Source of the DNA: an uncultured delta proteobacterium
GTDB lineage: Bacteria; Desulfobacterota; Binatia; UBA9968
Assembly: GCA_963737905.1 (NCBI GenBank)
Contig: CAVTUQ010000007.1
Span: forward strand, 423,678-487,677
Direction of reading: 5' to 3'
DNA: 64,000 nucleotides
Position numbers and translations under genes: made by a program. Under the pieces are notes generated by a model. That model ran no database searches and had not been told where the DNA came from. It worked only from the letters and a program-made list of their open reading frames with translations. Below are positions 10,601-20,819 of this stretch, in pieces; position 1 is the first letter of the stretch; each line of letters starts with the position of its first letter.

Positions 10601-11361
10601 ATGGTCCTGACGAGCCCCTGGTGCTACACGATGTCTCGTTTCGGATTGAGCCTGGACAAACCGTTGCTCTCGTTGGTCCTTCCGGAGCGGGCAAAACGAC
10701 ATGTACACAGCTGCTACTTCGCTTCTGGGACCCCACGAGTGGGAGAATCTTGTTGGAGGGAAACGATCTTCGGGCGTTCACTCTCGATGAACTCCGCGCA
10801 GAGATTGCATTCGTCTCGCAGGAAACCTACCTTTTTAATACGACCATTCGCGAAAACCTGCGCCTGGCCCGCCCGCAAGCCACGAACGAAGAGATCGAGG
10901 AGGCCGCCCGGCGCGCTAACGCGCATGATTTCATCACCGAGCTTCCGCATTCTTATGACACCTTTGTGGGGGAGCGCGGAATTCAGCTATCAGGAGGACA
11001 GCGGCAGAGACTTGCCATTGCCAGAGCACTGCTCAAGAATGCGCCGGTCCTCATCCTTGACGAGGCCACCTCGCACCTCGACGCCGTCAACGAACAATTG
11101 ATCCACCAGGCGCTGAGCCGCCTCGTCGAGGGGCGGACCACGCTCGTGATCGCTCACCGTCTTTCCACGATTCGAGACGCAGATAATATTGTCGTGCTCG
11201 AGCAGGGACGAGTCGTGGAACAAGGCTCCCACGCCGTTCTTCTCGGCCGTAACGGGCTCTACTCACAGCTGGTTGGGGCTCAAGTGATCGCTCCCAACGT
11301 AATGCATGCGGCGCGTTCGATGACCGCGGACAGCTCCGCGCAGCCCCCTGCAGGGAAGTGA
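7700..11361 (+). CDS. fused TMD-NBD-TMD-NBD ABC exporter, CydD/CydC-like (two frameshifts)
   Basis: ORFs 7700-8677, 8649-9101 and 8944-11361 join into one protein; two GPSGAGK Walker A motifs, LSGGERQR/LSGGQRQR, DEA; WIAHDLAY motif as in CydC. Confidence 0.85.
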
Positions 11362-11536
11362 CTCCAAGACGCCCCATCGCGACCGCACCGCTTCTCGATG
11401 AAGTGGGCTGCCATCACGATCTGTCCGACTTCCGGCCCCGCGAAAGCAACAGATATCGCAGCAAACTTTGTCAAGTGGACGCATTTCCTTTCCATGCACT
11501 CGCCACTGATAGTTTAATCGGGAAGCCGCGGGCCTA

Positions 11537-11577
11537 TTGACACCATATCGTATCACGATATAATCGCATCACGATAT
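11537..11577 (+). promoter_or_regulatory. sigma70 promoter overlapped by tandem palindromic operator
   Basis: TTGACA (11537)-16 nt-TATAAT (11559); ATATCGT-atc-ACGATAT at 11545-11561 and a second degenerate copy at 11563-11577. Confidence 0.8.
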
Positions 11578-11580
11578 AGT

Positions 11581-12063
11581 GTGTCCAGGATGCAGGCCCA
11601 ATCCGATATCCAAGCAATGGCAGAGCTTCGCTACCAGATACGTCTTTTCTTGCGCTTCAGCGAAAATGCCGCTCGCCGAGCGGGTATTGAACCTCAGCAA
11701 CACCAGTTGTTGTTAGCCATCAAAGGTTTGCCGAACGGTTCGAGGCCCACCGTCGGTGTTTTGGCAGAGAGAATGCAGCTTCAGCCTCACAGTACGGTGG
11801 GTCTCATTGACCGGCTTGTGGAACGGGGACTCCTGGTCCGCCTGAGGGCCACGGACGATAAACGCCAAGTGTTGGTCAAGCTTACTCATGACGGAGAGGA
11901 TCTGCTGCAGAAACTCGCGTTGCACCACCTCCGTGAGCTTCAGTCCGTCGAGCCCAAATTTAAAAAGGTGCTGCAAAGCCTAATGACAGTTCCTATGGAG
12001 GCTCATAGCAAGAGACGACCGCCAACCCGGGTTCAAATAAAATCAAGGATGGAGGACCAGTGA
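11581..12063 (+). CDS. MarR family transcriptional regulator
   Basis: AELRYQIRLFLRFSE..QHQLLL..STVGLIDRLVERGLL..DKRQVLVKLT; start may be ATG 11590. Confidence 0.9.
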   Translation: MSRMQAQSDIQAMAELRYQIRLFLRFSENAARRAGIEPQQHQLLLAIKGLPNGSRPTVGVLAERMQLQPHSTVGLIDRLVERGLLVRLRATDDKRQVLVKLTHDGEDLLQKLALHHLRELQSVEPKFKKVLQSLMTVPMEAHSKRRPPTRVQIKSRMEDQ

Positions 12064-12908
12064 TGGCTAATCAAGACGCATCTGCTCAGGAACTATTGCT
12101 CGATGTAAAGGTCGCCGAAGCCTCGCGCCTTTACAAATTTTACCTCAATCAGGAGAAAAAAATCCTCGGCGGCCTAGCCGTTGGAATCTTTCTGGTTATC
12201 TGGGAGCTGGTCGGTAACGTCTTTCAGTGGATAAATCCGATGTTCATGAGTTCTCCGTCTCTTATTTACAAAGCCGCGGTCCAGTTGTTTGTCTCTGGAG
12301 AAATTTACCACGATTTGTATGTAAGCGGGATCGAGTTTCTCGCCGGATACTTCTTGGCTGTCGCGGTCGCGATTCCCTTCGGCATTATGGTGGGCTGGTA
12401 TAAACGGATGAGTTACATCTTTGATCCGTTCATAAATGCCATGAATGCGACGCCTCGTGTCGCTTTGTTGCCACTGGTAATAATCTGGTTGGGCATCGGG
12501 ATTCTTTCCAAGGTCGGGATCATCTTTCTCGGCGCCGTATTCTCGATCCTGATCAATACGCGCGACGGGGTTAAGACGACACCCGTCAATCTTTTGAATG
12601 CGGCCAGAAGTTTCGGCGCATCCGAATGGATGGTCTTCAAGACTGTCGTGGTTCCCTCGACGATTCCGTTCATTCTAACAGGATTGCGTCTCGCGGTCGG
12701 TCGCGCTTTGGTGGGCGTCCTGGTCGGTGAGCTTTACGCAGCCACCGCTGGTATCGGCTTTATGATTACGGTCGCCGGAGCGACATTTCAGACCGATAAG
12801 GTTTTTGTTGGCGTTCTCATTTTCGCACTCAGTGGCATGCTTGGGATGGAGCTACTCACGAAGCTTGAACAAAAATTCGATAAATGGCGTCCTCAAGTTG
12901 GGGCATAA
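12060..12908 (+). CDS. ABC permease, NitT/TauT (SsuC-like)
   Basis: TM helices; AARSFGAS EAA-loop; GELYAATAGIG. Confidence 0.9.
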   Translation: MMANQDASAQELLLDVKVAEASRLYKFYLNQEKKILGGLAVGIFLVIWELVGNVFQWINPMFMSSPSLIYKAAVQLFVSGEIYHDLYVSGIEFLAGYFLAVAVAIPFGIMVGWYKRMSYIFDPFINAMNATPRVALLPLVIIWLGIGILSKVGIIFLGAVFSILINTRDGVKTTPVNLLNAARSFGASEWMVFKTVVVPSTIPFILTGLRLAVGRALVGVLVGELYAATAGIGFMITVAGATFQTDKVFVGVLIFALSGMLGMELLTKLEQKFDKWRPQVGA

Positions 12909-13121
12909 AGTATTCCGTTACAATACCCACCTTAAGATGGCTCATACAACTGTGAGCTTTCGTATAGTTTCGCAGCTTTGGTGATCTGAGCGGATCCGCT
13001 TGCGCTTCGCGAGCCGATCCAATCCTGACGATTAAACTGGCGGGCGTGCTGAAGGTCTGTTTGACAACGCTGGGTATGCGCTGACGGCTGGGCTATGTAA
13101 ATTAACGAGGTGGTAAATTAG

Positions 13122-14925
13122 ATGGGTGATTCTGTAGAACGAGTCGAAGATCGGTTAGCGGATTTTACGAGGGATAAACGGATTATCGTTCTTTCTTGGA
13201 TGGCGCTGGTCGTCGGCGTGCTGAGCGCGTTCGTCGCCTATGTCCTGGTCTGGTTAATCGCTGTGATCACCAACGTCGCCTTCTATCAGCATTTCTCGTC
13301 GACGCTTCGGTCTCCAGACGATAATCGTCTTGGGTATCTTGTGATTCTCATTCCGGTCATTGGGGGATTGATTATCGGTTTGATGGCGCGCTACGGATCG
13401 GAAAAAATTCGCGGGCACGGTATTCCGGAAGCCCTTGAGGCCATTCTCTTCGGCCGTAGCCGCATGGAACCTAGAGTCGCCGTGCTTAAGCCTTTGTCCT
13501 CCGCGATATCCATTGGTACCGGCGGACCCTTCGGTGCCGAAGGCCCCATTATCATGACCGGTGGAGCCGTGGGCTCCATCTTTGGGCAGTTCTTTCATCT
13601 CTCTTCAGCGGAACGCAAGACACTTCTCGTCGCAGGTGCCGCTGGAGGCATGGCCGCTATTTTCGCCTCTCCGGTCGCGGCGGCCCTATTGGCTATCGAA
13701 CTGCTTCTTTTTGAGTGGCGGCCGCGTTCATTTATTCCTGTGGCCATTGCTGCCGTCTCGGCGTCCGCTCTGCGTGTTCCGCTTCTCGGGTCGGGGCCGA
13801 TCTTTCCCGTTCAACCCCACGCAGTGTTGAACACCGAAGGGTTGGTGTTTGCCTGTCTGGTCGGAATTATCGCTGGCCTCGGCTCAGGGCTGCTAACGAA
13901 TCTGGTCTATACTTTTGAAGATCTCTTCATAAAATTACCCATCCATTGGATGTGGTGGCCGGCCATCGGCGGTTTATGCGTCGGTGTCGGCGGGCTCATC
14001 GAGCCGAGCGTACTCGGGGTCGGGTACGCAACGATCCATGAACTCTTGCGAGGAGAGGTCGTCGGCCCTGCCCTACTCGGTATTCTTCATCGGAAAGTCG
14101 CTTGTCTGGTCCATTGCCCTCGGTTCGGGAACGTCTGGCGGTGTGCTCGCGCCGTTGCTGATGATGGGCGGGGCGCTGGGCGCGGCTGCGGCAACATTGA
14201 TACCGCTCGGGGATCGTGGACTTTGGGCTACCATTGGCATGGCGGCCATGATGGGCGGGACCATGCGATCCCCATTAACGGCAATGATCTTCGCGCTCGA
14301 ATTAACGCAGGATCTCAATCTGCTTCCAGGGTTGCTCGTAGGATGTATCGCAGCTCACGGAGTCACCGTACTACTGTTGCGCCGCTCCATTCTCACTGAA
14401 AAAGTAGCACGGCGAGGGTATCACGTCATGCGCGAGTACAGCGTTGATCCGCTCACGATGGTGCGCGTAGGAGAAGTGATGGACAAAAACGCCCTCACCA
14501 TCCCTGCGACTATGCCGGTCATGGAGCTTTCAGATCGAATCGCGCGACGTGATCCCCAAGTCACCCGCCATGAGGGTCTGCTGATTGTCGATGAGAATCA
14601 GCAACTGGCCGGGATTATCACGCGCGGCGACGTCCTGCGCGCGCTAGAACAAGGCGATAAAAACGGGACTACGGTAATCGAGGCCGGAAGCCACGATCTA
14701 ATCGTGTCTTTCCCCGATGAAGTTCTTCACGAAGCCGCGACCAAGATGCTGCGCAATAATATCGGGCGCTTGCCCGTGGTGAGCCGTCGCGACTCCTATC
14801 GCATTGTCGGCTATTTAGGCAGAAGTAATTTGATGGCAGGCCATCTGCGGCAGCTTGAGGAGGAGCATATTCGCGAACGAAGATTTCCACGGCGGCAGCC
14901 AACAGAATCCAACAGGCTCGGGTAA
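13122..14925 (+). CDS. ClC chloride channel/antiporter with CBS domains (frameshift about 14085)
   Basis: GHGIPE, GAEGP, GTSGG motifs; C-terminal CBS pair. Confidence 0.9.
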
Positions 14926-14961
14926 CATAGCGTCATCGAATCGTAGTTTGGGCCGTTTCAT

Positions 14962-15384
14962 TTATTTCTTTCCCTCCAGCTCGACGAGTCGTTGACGCAG
15001 CGCCCGTTCTTCTTCCCAGCGGCTAGTCTCATCACGAATGATCGCGGCAATCGCCTGAATCTCCCGAGTAGGTGCGTACAGCAGCGCGACAGTGAAGGCG
15101 ATGGAGAGGCGCCTCCCATCTTTGTGCACGGCAGGAACGCGAAGAATTTCCGTGCCGTATCGGGTCTCACCCGTTTGCATTGCTCGTCGATATCCTTCCC
15201 AATGCCGGAGCCGAAGACGTTCGGGAATAATCAGGTCGAGAGATTGGCCGAGCGCTTCCGCTTCGGTGTATCCGAAAATTCGCTCGGCGGCCCGATTCCA
15301 CAAAAGTATGGAGCCATCCGTTCCTGCCGCGACGATGGCATCGCCCGCAGATTGTACTAAAGCCCCTAAATCGATCGGCTCCAT
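14962..15384 (-). CDS. stand-alone PAS domain protein
   Basis: WNRAAERIFGYTEAEALGQSLDLIIPE..HKDG. Confidence 0.88.
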   Translation of the reverse strand: MEPIDLGALVQSAGDAIVAAGTDGSILLWNRAAERIFGYTEAEALGQSLDLIIPERLRLRHWEGYRRAMQTGETRYGTEILRVPAVHKDGRRLSIAFTVALLYAPTREIQAIAAIIRDETSRWEEERALRQRLVELEGKK

Positions 15385-15445
15385 TTGTAGACTGTCGCCA
15401 ATGCTTTTTGGACTACACCCGCGTTTCGCGCGATGATGTGAGTCT

Positions 15446-16687
15446 TTAATACCCTCCCGGGATTTGCACCACTTCGCTGTCGGGGTTCTTCAGCCAGCTC
15501 ATCAGCGTTATCGCCAAGGCGACCGTGGTGATATCGAGGGGTCTGCTACGCATAAAGTGGTCACTGCCCAACTCAAACAACGATACGCCGCCTGGAAAAA
15601 TCGCATCGGACAATAGTATGTTCCCGTCATTGGGCCCGTACTTTCGCATGGGGGAATAACTTCTGCGGATCCAAAAAGAGACGCTGCCGCTGACAGGAAT
15701 GCCAAAAAAGTTAACAACCAGCACGTGTTCGGGGATGCGAAACGAATCGAATCGCTGGCGGCCGCGTGCAGTCGTCATACTTTCCGTGCCCAGAGGGTCT
15801 AATTTACCGACCATATATTCTAACTCCGGGAAAAGGTGATCATCCGCCAGCGGGGTGCCACGAAGCGCGCCCACCGCGTTGATCCACGCTGCAACATGGC
15901 GGGTCTCGGCGGGACCCAATTTCGTCAGCGCCAATGCCACTTCGGGGCCCGACTTGCTGGCACTGAGAATGATCATCCGGCGACCGCTCTGCGCATGAGC
16001 CCGAATGGCGGCAGCCACGAGATCGGCATTCGACTCCACGGGTCCGTCGTCATCGGTTTCGACGAAATAGCAGGGGAGTCCCGCTTTTTCTAGCGCCGCC
16101 CGCGGCACGGCCATATCGGCGCCGACGGCAAAAAGCCGCTTGTACAGATAAGTTGGGACAACCAATACCTCATAGTCTGCTGGCAACTTCACCCGACCTT
16201 CGGGGAAAGCCTTGCGGGTGTATTCGTAGGCTTGCTCGAAAGCGCTCCGAAATCGCCGATTGGTTGGCAAGCGAGCGATCTGATCGGCGAAATATAGCGC
16301 TGCGAAGTCGACGGAAAAGTCGTCGCTTAGGCGTTTGAGATCGCTGCGGTCGGGCAGGTGGCCATTGCTGCTCTGGTAGACGCGATCGATACGCTCATCG
16401 AGCGTTGCATCCGTGTGCTTGCCGGCGAGGTAGCTTCCCAGGTAGTAACGCGCCACTTCAGAATCGACTCGGGTGTCGATCGCTTGTCCACCCACAATCC
16501 CGCGTACGGGCAGACCCCCGCATGACGACAGCAACAGCAGCAAAGCCGATAGCAACGGCATGATCATTAAAGGACAGTTGAAAATATTCTTGTAAGCCAT
16601 AACCGATGCTCTTGGAATTTCGTCACTCTTCTGCTCGCGCTCAAGGCAAGTCCTGTGCGATTTTATTATGAGGTTGTGTTTTGTCAT
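15446..16687 (-). CDS. putative lipoprotein with alpha/beta-hydrolase-like domain
   Basis: LLLLSSC lipobox; SASKSG nucleophile elbow; GTPLAD, NDG and DH motifs; true start probably about 16560-16600. Confidence 0.6.
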   Translation of the reverse strand: MTKHNLIIKSHRTCLEREQKSDEIPRASVMAYKNIFNCPLMIMPLLSALLLLLSSCGGLPVRGIVGGQAIDTRVDSEVARYYLGSYLAGKHTDATLDERIDRVYQSSNGHLPDRSDLKRLSDDFSVDFAALYFADQIARLPTNRRFRSAFEQAYEYTRKAFPEGRVKLPADYEVLVVPTYLYKRLFAVGADMAVPRAALEKAGLPCYFVETDDDGPVESNADLVAAAIRAHAQSGRRMIILSASKSGPEVALALTKLGPAETRHVAAWINAVGALRGTPLADDHLFPELEYMVGKLDPLGTESMTTARGRQRFDSFRIPEHVLVVNFFGIPVSGSVSFWIRRSYSPMRKYGPNDGNILLSDAIFPGGVSLFELGSDHFMRSRPLDITTVALAITLMSWLKNPDSEVVQIPGGY

Positions 16688-16724
16688 GCATCAGAAGCGC
16701 CCTACAGAATCTTCAGAATTGCTC

Positions 16725-16740
16725 ATATATATATATATAT
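16725..16740. repeat. (AT)8 microsatellite
   Basis: catatatatatatatatg. Confidence 0.9.
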
Positions 16741-16919
16741 GCAGCCGGTCAATTCTCGTCAACGCCGTAACAGAATCTCGTAAATGAGGTAGAGGCTGAT
16801 AGAAGTCGGTAAATGTAAATCAAGTCGGGTATTATTCGCACAAGCGCGCTGATTCCGACGGGGTCATGAATACTCGTCTCGTTTAATGTAGGGGGTATGG
16901 AGTTTGACCGGACAAGCCT

Positions 16920-18302
16920 TTAAAAGCGCAGCTGCTCGGTCAACTCACGGATATTTGACAGCTGCTCGATCGACATGATTTGTCTCATCAAAGTCTGCGC
17001 CTTTTCTTGACTGACAAGCCGTAGCGCGTTGTAAAGATACTTCTCCTGAACATCCGCGCCCGACACCGGGTTTTCAACATGCCCCGGGTGTATGTGTTGT
17101 CGTTCTTCGTAGACTTTACCGTCGCTCGTCGTGACGAAAACGTGACCCGACGCATACTTGGGGCGCCCGCTGTTGGGATCATCTTCCCGCCTGATCCTGG
17201 ACGAGAGCTTTAAGACCTCTGGGTCTCTCAGCGCATCGTCGTCGAAATCAGCCAGAGCCAGCCGGCCTTTAAGAAGGGCAACTGCAGCAATATAAGGCGT
17301 CGAGAAATGAGCGCCGTACTCCCCCTGGGGTGTTTGCTGGGAGAACACGCGCTCGCGTCCCGCTGGCGCCGCGCTATCTCCCATGCGCAAACGGCACTCG
17401 ACATCGACGATGTCGTCCGCTTTAAAGTGATACCGATTATGCAAGTTAACGCAGGCCCGAACGGTGGCTTGCAGAGCGCCCGCGCAGGGATACGGTTTGA
17501 ATTCTACTCGATCCAGTTCCCAATCGTTGCCTATACCATCGATTGCCGACTGGACGTCAAAATTCCCCTCGCCCACATGAGTTGAATAGAACCCCCGCGG
17601 CCCCTCCAAAGCAGTGCGGGGAGCTGTGAAGCCCTCGCGCGCCAAAAGCGCGCCCACGACTGCGCCATGGGACGCCCAGCCGGGCTGAAAACGTTTCGAC
17701 CAGCTGCCGTCCGACTGCCACTCCATGTTTCCCGAACCCTGGCTGCCGGCGAGGCCCAGGGCATATACCAGTTGATCGTGAGATAGTCCCAAGAGACGCC
17801 CCGCCGCCGCGGCTCCGCCAAAAACACCACAAACAGCCGTTGGATGATAGCCGCGTCCATGCATCGCATGCACCCGCGGGCCACGGGCGACGCGCAGGGA
17901 AACTTCGAAGCCAACGGCACAAGCGGTAATAAAATCCTTGCCGGATAATCCCAGCCATTCGGAAGTTGCCAACGCCGCCGGCATCACAACTGAAGTGTTG
18001 TGAACCACAAGGGGATGGTGCGTATCGTCAAAGTCAAACGCATGAATGAGCATTCCGTTGAGTAAGGGCGCACTCGTAACTGGAAGCTTGTCCTTAAAGC
18101 CCACCACCGTCGCGTCCGATCCCTGACCGAAAGCTCGCATCGCCTTCATGGTCTTCTGGACGAAATCCTCGCGCGCAGCAGCCAAAGCCAAGCCCATCCC
18201 ATCCAGAATCAGCAACTTGGCTTTCGCCAACACTCTCGTAGGAAGCGCCTCCATCTTTTGTTTCAAAGCAAACTCAGCGAGTACTTCGGTGCAGGTTGCC
18301 AT
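16920..18302 (-). CDS. MmgE/PrpD family protein
   Basis: HAFDFDDTH, GYHPT, KPYPC, GHVENP. Confidence 0.92.
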   Translation of the reverse strand: MATCTEVLAEFALKQKMEALPTRVLAKAKLLILDGMGLALAAAREDFVQKTMKAMRAFGQGSDATVVGFKDKLPVTSAPLLNGMLIHAFDFDDTHHPLVVHNTSVVMPAALATSEWLGLSGKDFITACAVGFEVSLRVARGPRVHAMHGRGYHPTAVCGVFGGAAAAGRLLGLSHDQLVYALGLAGSQGSGNMEWQSDGSWSKRFQPGWASHGAVVGALLAREGFTAPRTALEGPRGFYSTHVGEGNFDVQSAIDGIGNDWELDRVEFKPYPCAGALQATVRACVNLHNRYHFKADDIVDVECRLRMGDSAAPAGRERVFSQQTPQGEYGAHFSTPYIAAVALLKGRLALADFDDDALRDPEVLKLSSRIRREDDPNSGRPKYASGHVFVTTSDGKVYEERQHIHPGHVENPVSGADVQEKYLYNALRLVSQEKAQTLMRQIMSIEQLSNIRELTEQLRF

Positions 18303-18330
18303 GCTTTATATCCTCCACAGCCGGCGATGA

Positions 18331-19482
18331 TTACTTGAGCCCGTATAACTTGGCCGCATTGTCGTGGGTGACCTTGCGCCTCACCCGATCGGACAGGCCG
18401 CCCAGTTCCTGTTCAAGGAAGCGCATCGAATCCGGCCAAGTCCCATCCGGATGCGGGTAGTCGGAGCCCCACATCACGTTGTCTTCACCCAATAGGTCCA
18501 TCAGGCGGGCACCCACGGCGTCGCGTTCAAACGTCACGAAACCGTTGATGCGGAAATAGTCGCTTGGCTTCAGTCGCAATCTCAGATGGAATGATTCTTC
18601 CTCCTCATATTCGTAGTCCATCCGTTGCAGAAAAAATGGGATCCACCCGATGCTCGATTCGCCGAGCACAAATCTGAATCCCGGGAAGCGGTCGAAAGCT
18701 CCGGAATAAATGATCGAGGCGAGAAATTGTGCGGATCCGAAACGAGACACCGCCTGGCGCACGGCGTTCCGCACCTTTACATTGTCGTCGTAATGCGAGT
18801 CGGACGTATTAACCGCACGAACGTCTTGCCCCTGGTTATGAAACGATATGGGGATGCCGGTCTCGTCCGCCGCCTCCCACACCACATCCCAGTCACGATC
18901 CCATATGGGCCTTACGGAATCCGACGCGATCAACTCCGCTCCCGTGAGTCCGAGCTTGGCAATGCGCCGCAACTCCTCGGCCCCTGCTTTGGGATCGTGG
19001 TTTGGCAGGCAGGCCAAAGGGGCAAACCGGTCAGGATTAAACTTACGAAACTGCATGACAAAATCGTTGTAGATCCGATAGACGACTCCCATGGCCTCGC
19101 CGTCTTGGACCCGGCGGCTCAAACCCAAAATACCGTAGATGACCTCGGCTCCCACTCCGTCCCGTTCCTGATCCGCGATTCTATGCTCCGGCAACGCAGG
19201 CCGGAACACACCGTTCATGGCATCCGAGTAAAGACCGGTGCGGGCTTTTCTTCGCAGACGGACTGACATCGTCACGCGATCGAATCGCACGTTATCCCGG
19301 CCAAGGCCGACGTCGCCGACGTAGCGAATGATCTTGCCGTTATGAACCCAGGCCCGTCCGCTATCAGTGTTTTCAACTCTAGGCATGCGCTCTTTCCAGG
19401 ATGCGGGAGCCTCGGACACAAAAAGATCTCCGGGTAAATACCAAAAATCCAAATGGCAATCCGCTGAAATAATTTCACTCAT
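18331..19482 (-). CDS. amidohydrolase_2 family protein
   Basis: ISADCH, ISFH, ESSIGW, WGSDYPHPDGTWP. Confidence 0.92.
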   Translation of the reverse strand: MSEIISADCHLDFWYLPGDLFVSEAPASWKERMPRVENTDSGRAWVHNGKIIRYVGDVGLGRDNVRFDRVTMSVRLRRKARTGLYSDAMNGVFRPALPEHRIADQERDGVGAEVIYGILGLSRRVQDGEAMGVVYRIYNDFVMQFRKFNPDRFAPLACLPNHDPKAGAEELRRIAKLGLTGAELIASDSVRPIWDRDWDVVWEAADETGIPISFHNQGQDVRAVNTSDSHYDDNVKVRNAVRQAVSRFGSAQFLASIIYSGAFDRFPGFRFVLGESSIGWIPFFLQRMDYEYEEEESFHLRLRLKPSDYFRINGFVTFERDAVGARLMDLLGEDNVMWGSDYPHPDGTWPDSMRFLEQELGGLSDRVRRKVTHDNAAKLYGLK

Positions 19483-19516
19483 AAAACCTCCTCTGAAACT
19501 CTTACCTTTCAAATGT

Positions 19517-19674
19517 TGGGCCTTCAGGCTTTCCTGGTGAAGCAGGACGCCGGGATTGCACCGCGGAGGCGCGGAGGACGCGGAGTAAAGATTTCTTGAT
19601 AAACAAAATCTCCGATCTCGGCGAACTCTGTGCCTCGGTGGTGAATATTCTTCACAGAAAACTCGGAATAACCT
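19517..19674. mobile_element. MITE/REP-like element (copy 1)
   Basis: Homologous to 34141-34530; internal CACCGCGGAGGCGCGGAG..CTCTGTGCCTCGGTGGTG inverted arms; imperfect terminal inverted repeats; flanking AAATGT direct repeat. Confidence 0.65.
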
Positions 19675-19710
19675 AAATGTCCAACAGAACGACCTCCACC
19701 GTCAAAAATT

Positions 19711-20700
19711 TTATTTCAAAAACATCTCACGGAACTCTTTGACTATCTCCCCGTATCTATCCGCAACCGACAACGGCACCGGGAAGAGTTTGAGCCCTTT
19801 GGTCAATCTCGGATAGGGCGGCTCCACCTCGGCCCGCGCAGGAATCTTTCCGACGCTCCTGCCGATCTGTTGCCCTTCCTTCGATAAGAGAAAGTCCATC
19901 AGCAACCTTGCAGAGTTGGGATGCGGGGCATTGATAGCCATCCCCACTGGATTGAGCGAGACGATGACAGGTTCCAGGGCCACCCAATCGATCGGTGCTC
20001 TTTGTGACTTAAATTTTTCGATATTACTGCCAAACCCATCCAGATAGATAGGGAACTCACCGCCAATGAGAAGCTGAGTCAAAAGCGGATGGCCGCCGCG
20101 GATAATGAGATCTTGCTGCGCCAATTGTTTCATGTACGAAAGTCCCCGCGCCCGTCCCATCATTTCCAGCAAACTCCCGTACAAGATATAGTCGGCGTCA
20201 TCCATCGCCATTTTGCCCTTCCATTTGGAGAGCAAGAGGTCCTCGTAGCTTTTCGGTGCATCCTGCCGCGCCAGCAGACGGGTATTGTAAGCCAAAACCC
20301 TTGTGTCCATGTAAAATGCCGTCCAATAACCGTCGGGATCCTTATATTCCTTGGGGAAAGCGGATTGTTCCGCAGAGGGATATTTTTGCAGATGACTCAG
20401 TTTCTTATGATTGATCATCGCCAAATGGCTCCCGCTAAAAAGGTCGGCGCGAAACACTTTCTGTTTGTGCTCGGCGATGGTAATCGTTAAAAGCCTTTCG
20501 CTGCCTGTGCGGAGCACGTCGAGTTTGATGAACGGATATTTGTTTGCGAAAGCCGCCTGCAATGCCTGGACGGTGTCGAGGCCCCATGCAGTGTAAAGGA
20601 CGACCTCTCCCTCGGTCTTTGCCTTTTCGACGACGCTCCCGTCCGTTGCTGCCGGCGCGTTCTCGCTAGAGATGTTCCACAGCAACAATCCTAGCACCAA
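19711..20700 (-). CDS. ABC Fe3+/thiamine-type extracellular solute-binding protein
   Basis: AKTEGEVVLY, AYNTRL, PKSYEDLL..WKGK, APHPNSARL. Confidence 0.88.
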   Translation of the reverse strand: MVLGLLLWNISSENAPAATDGSVVEKAKTEGEVVLYTAWGLDTVQALQAAFANKYPFIKLDVLRTGSERLLTITIAEHKQKVFRADLFSGSHLAMINHKKLSHLQKYPSAEQSAFPKEYKDPDGYWTAFYMDTRVLAYNTRLLARQDAPKSYEDLLLSKWKGKMAMDDADYILYGSLLEMMGRARGLSYMKQLAQQDLIIRGGHPLLTQLLIGGEFPIYLDGFGSNIEKFKSQRAPIDWVALEPVIVSLNPVGMAINAPHPNSARLLMDFLLSKEGQQIGRSVGKIPARAEVEPPYPRLTKGLKLFPVPLSVADRYGEIVKEFREMFLK

Positions 20701-20819
20701 CCAGGAAAAAAAATTTCTCCTCGAGCTCGTTGTTTCCAGTCTTTTATTCTTTAGCAGGCTGCTGAAAACCGGCTGTGATGCCTCGAGAGCTCAGCCAGTG
20801 AAACGCTTGCTCCCGCCGG

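Noticed and set aside
12910-13121. Fluoride riboswitch before the ClC gene
   Set aside because: The crcB consensus (GGCGATGG...CTGATG) is not evident and the protein has GHGIPE/GAEGP rather than CLC-F motifs; only a generic hairpin near 12990-13020.
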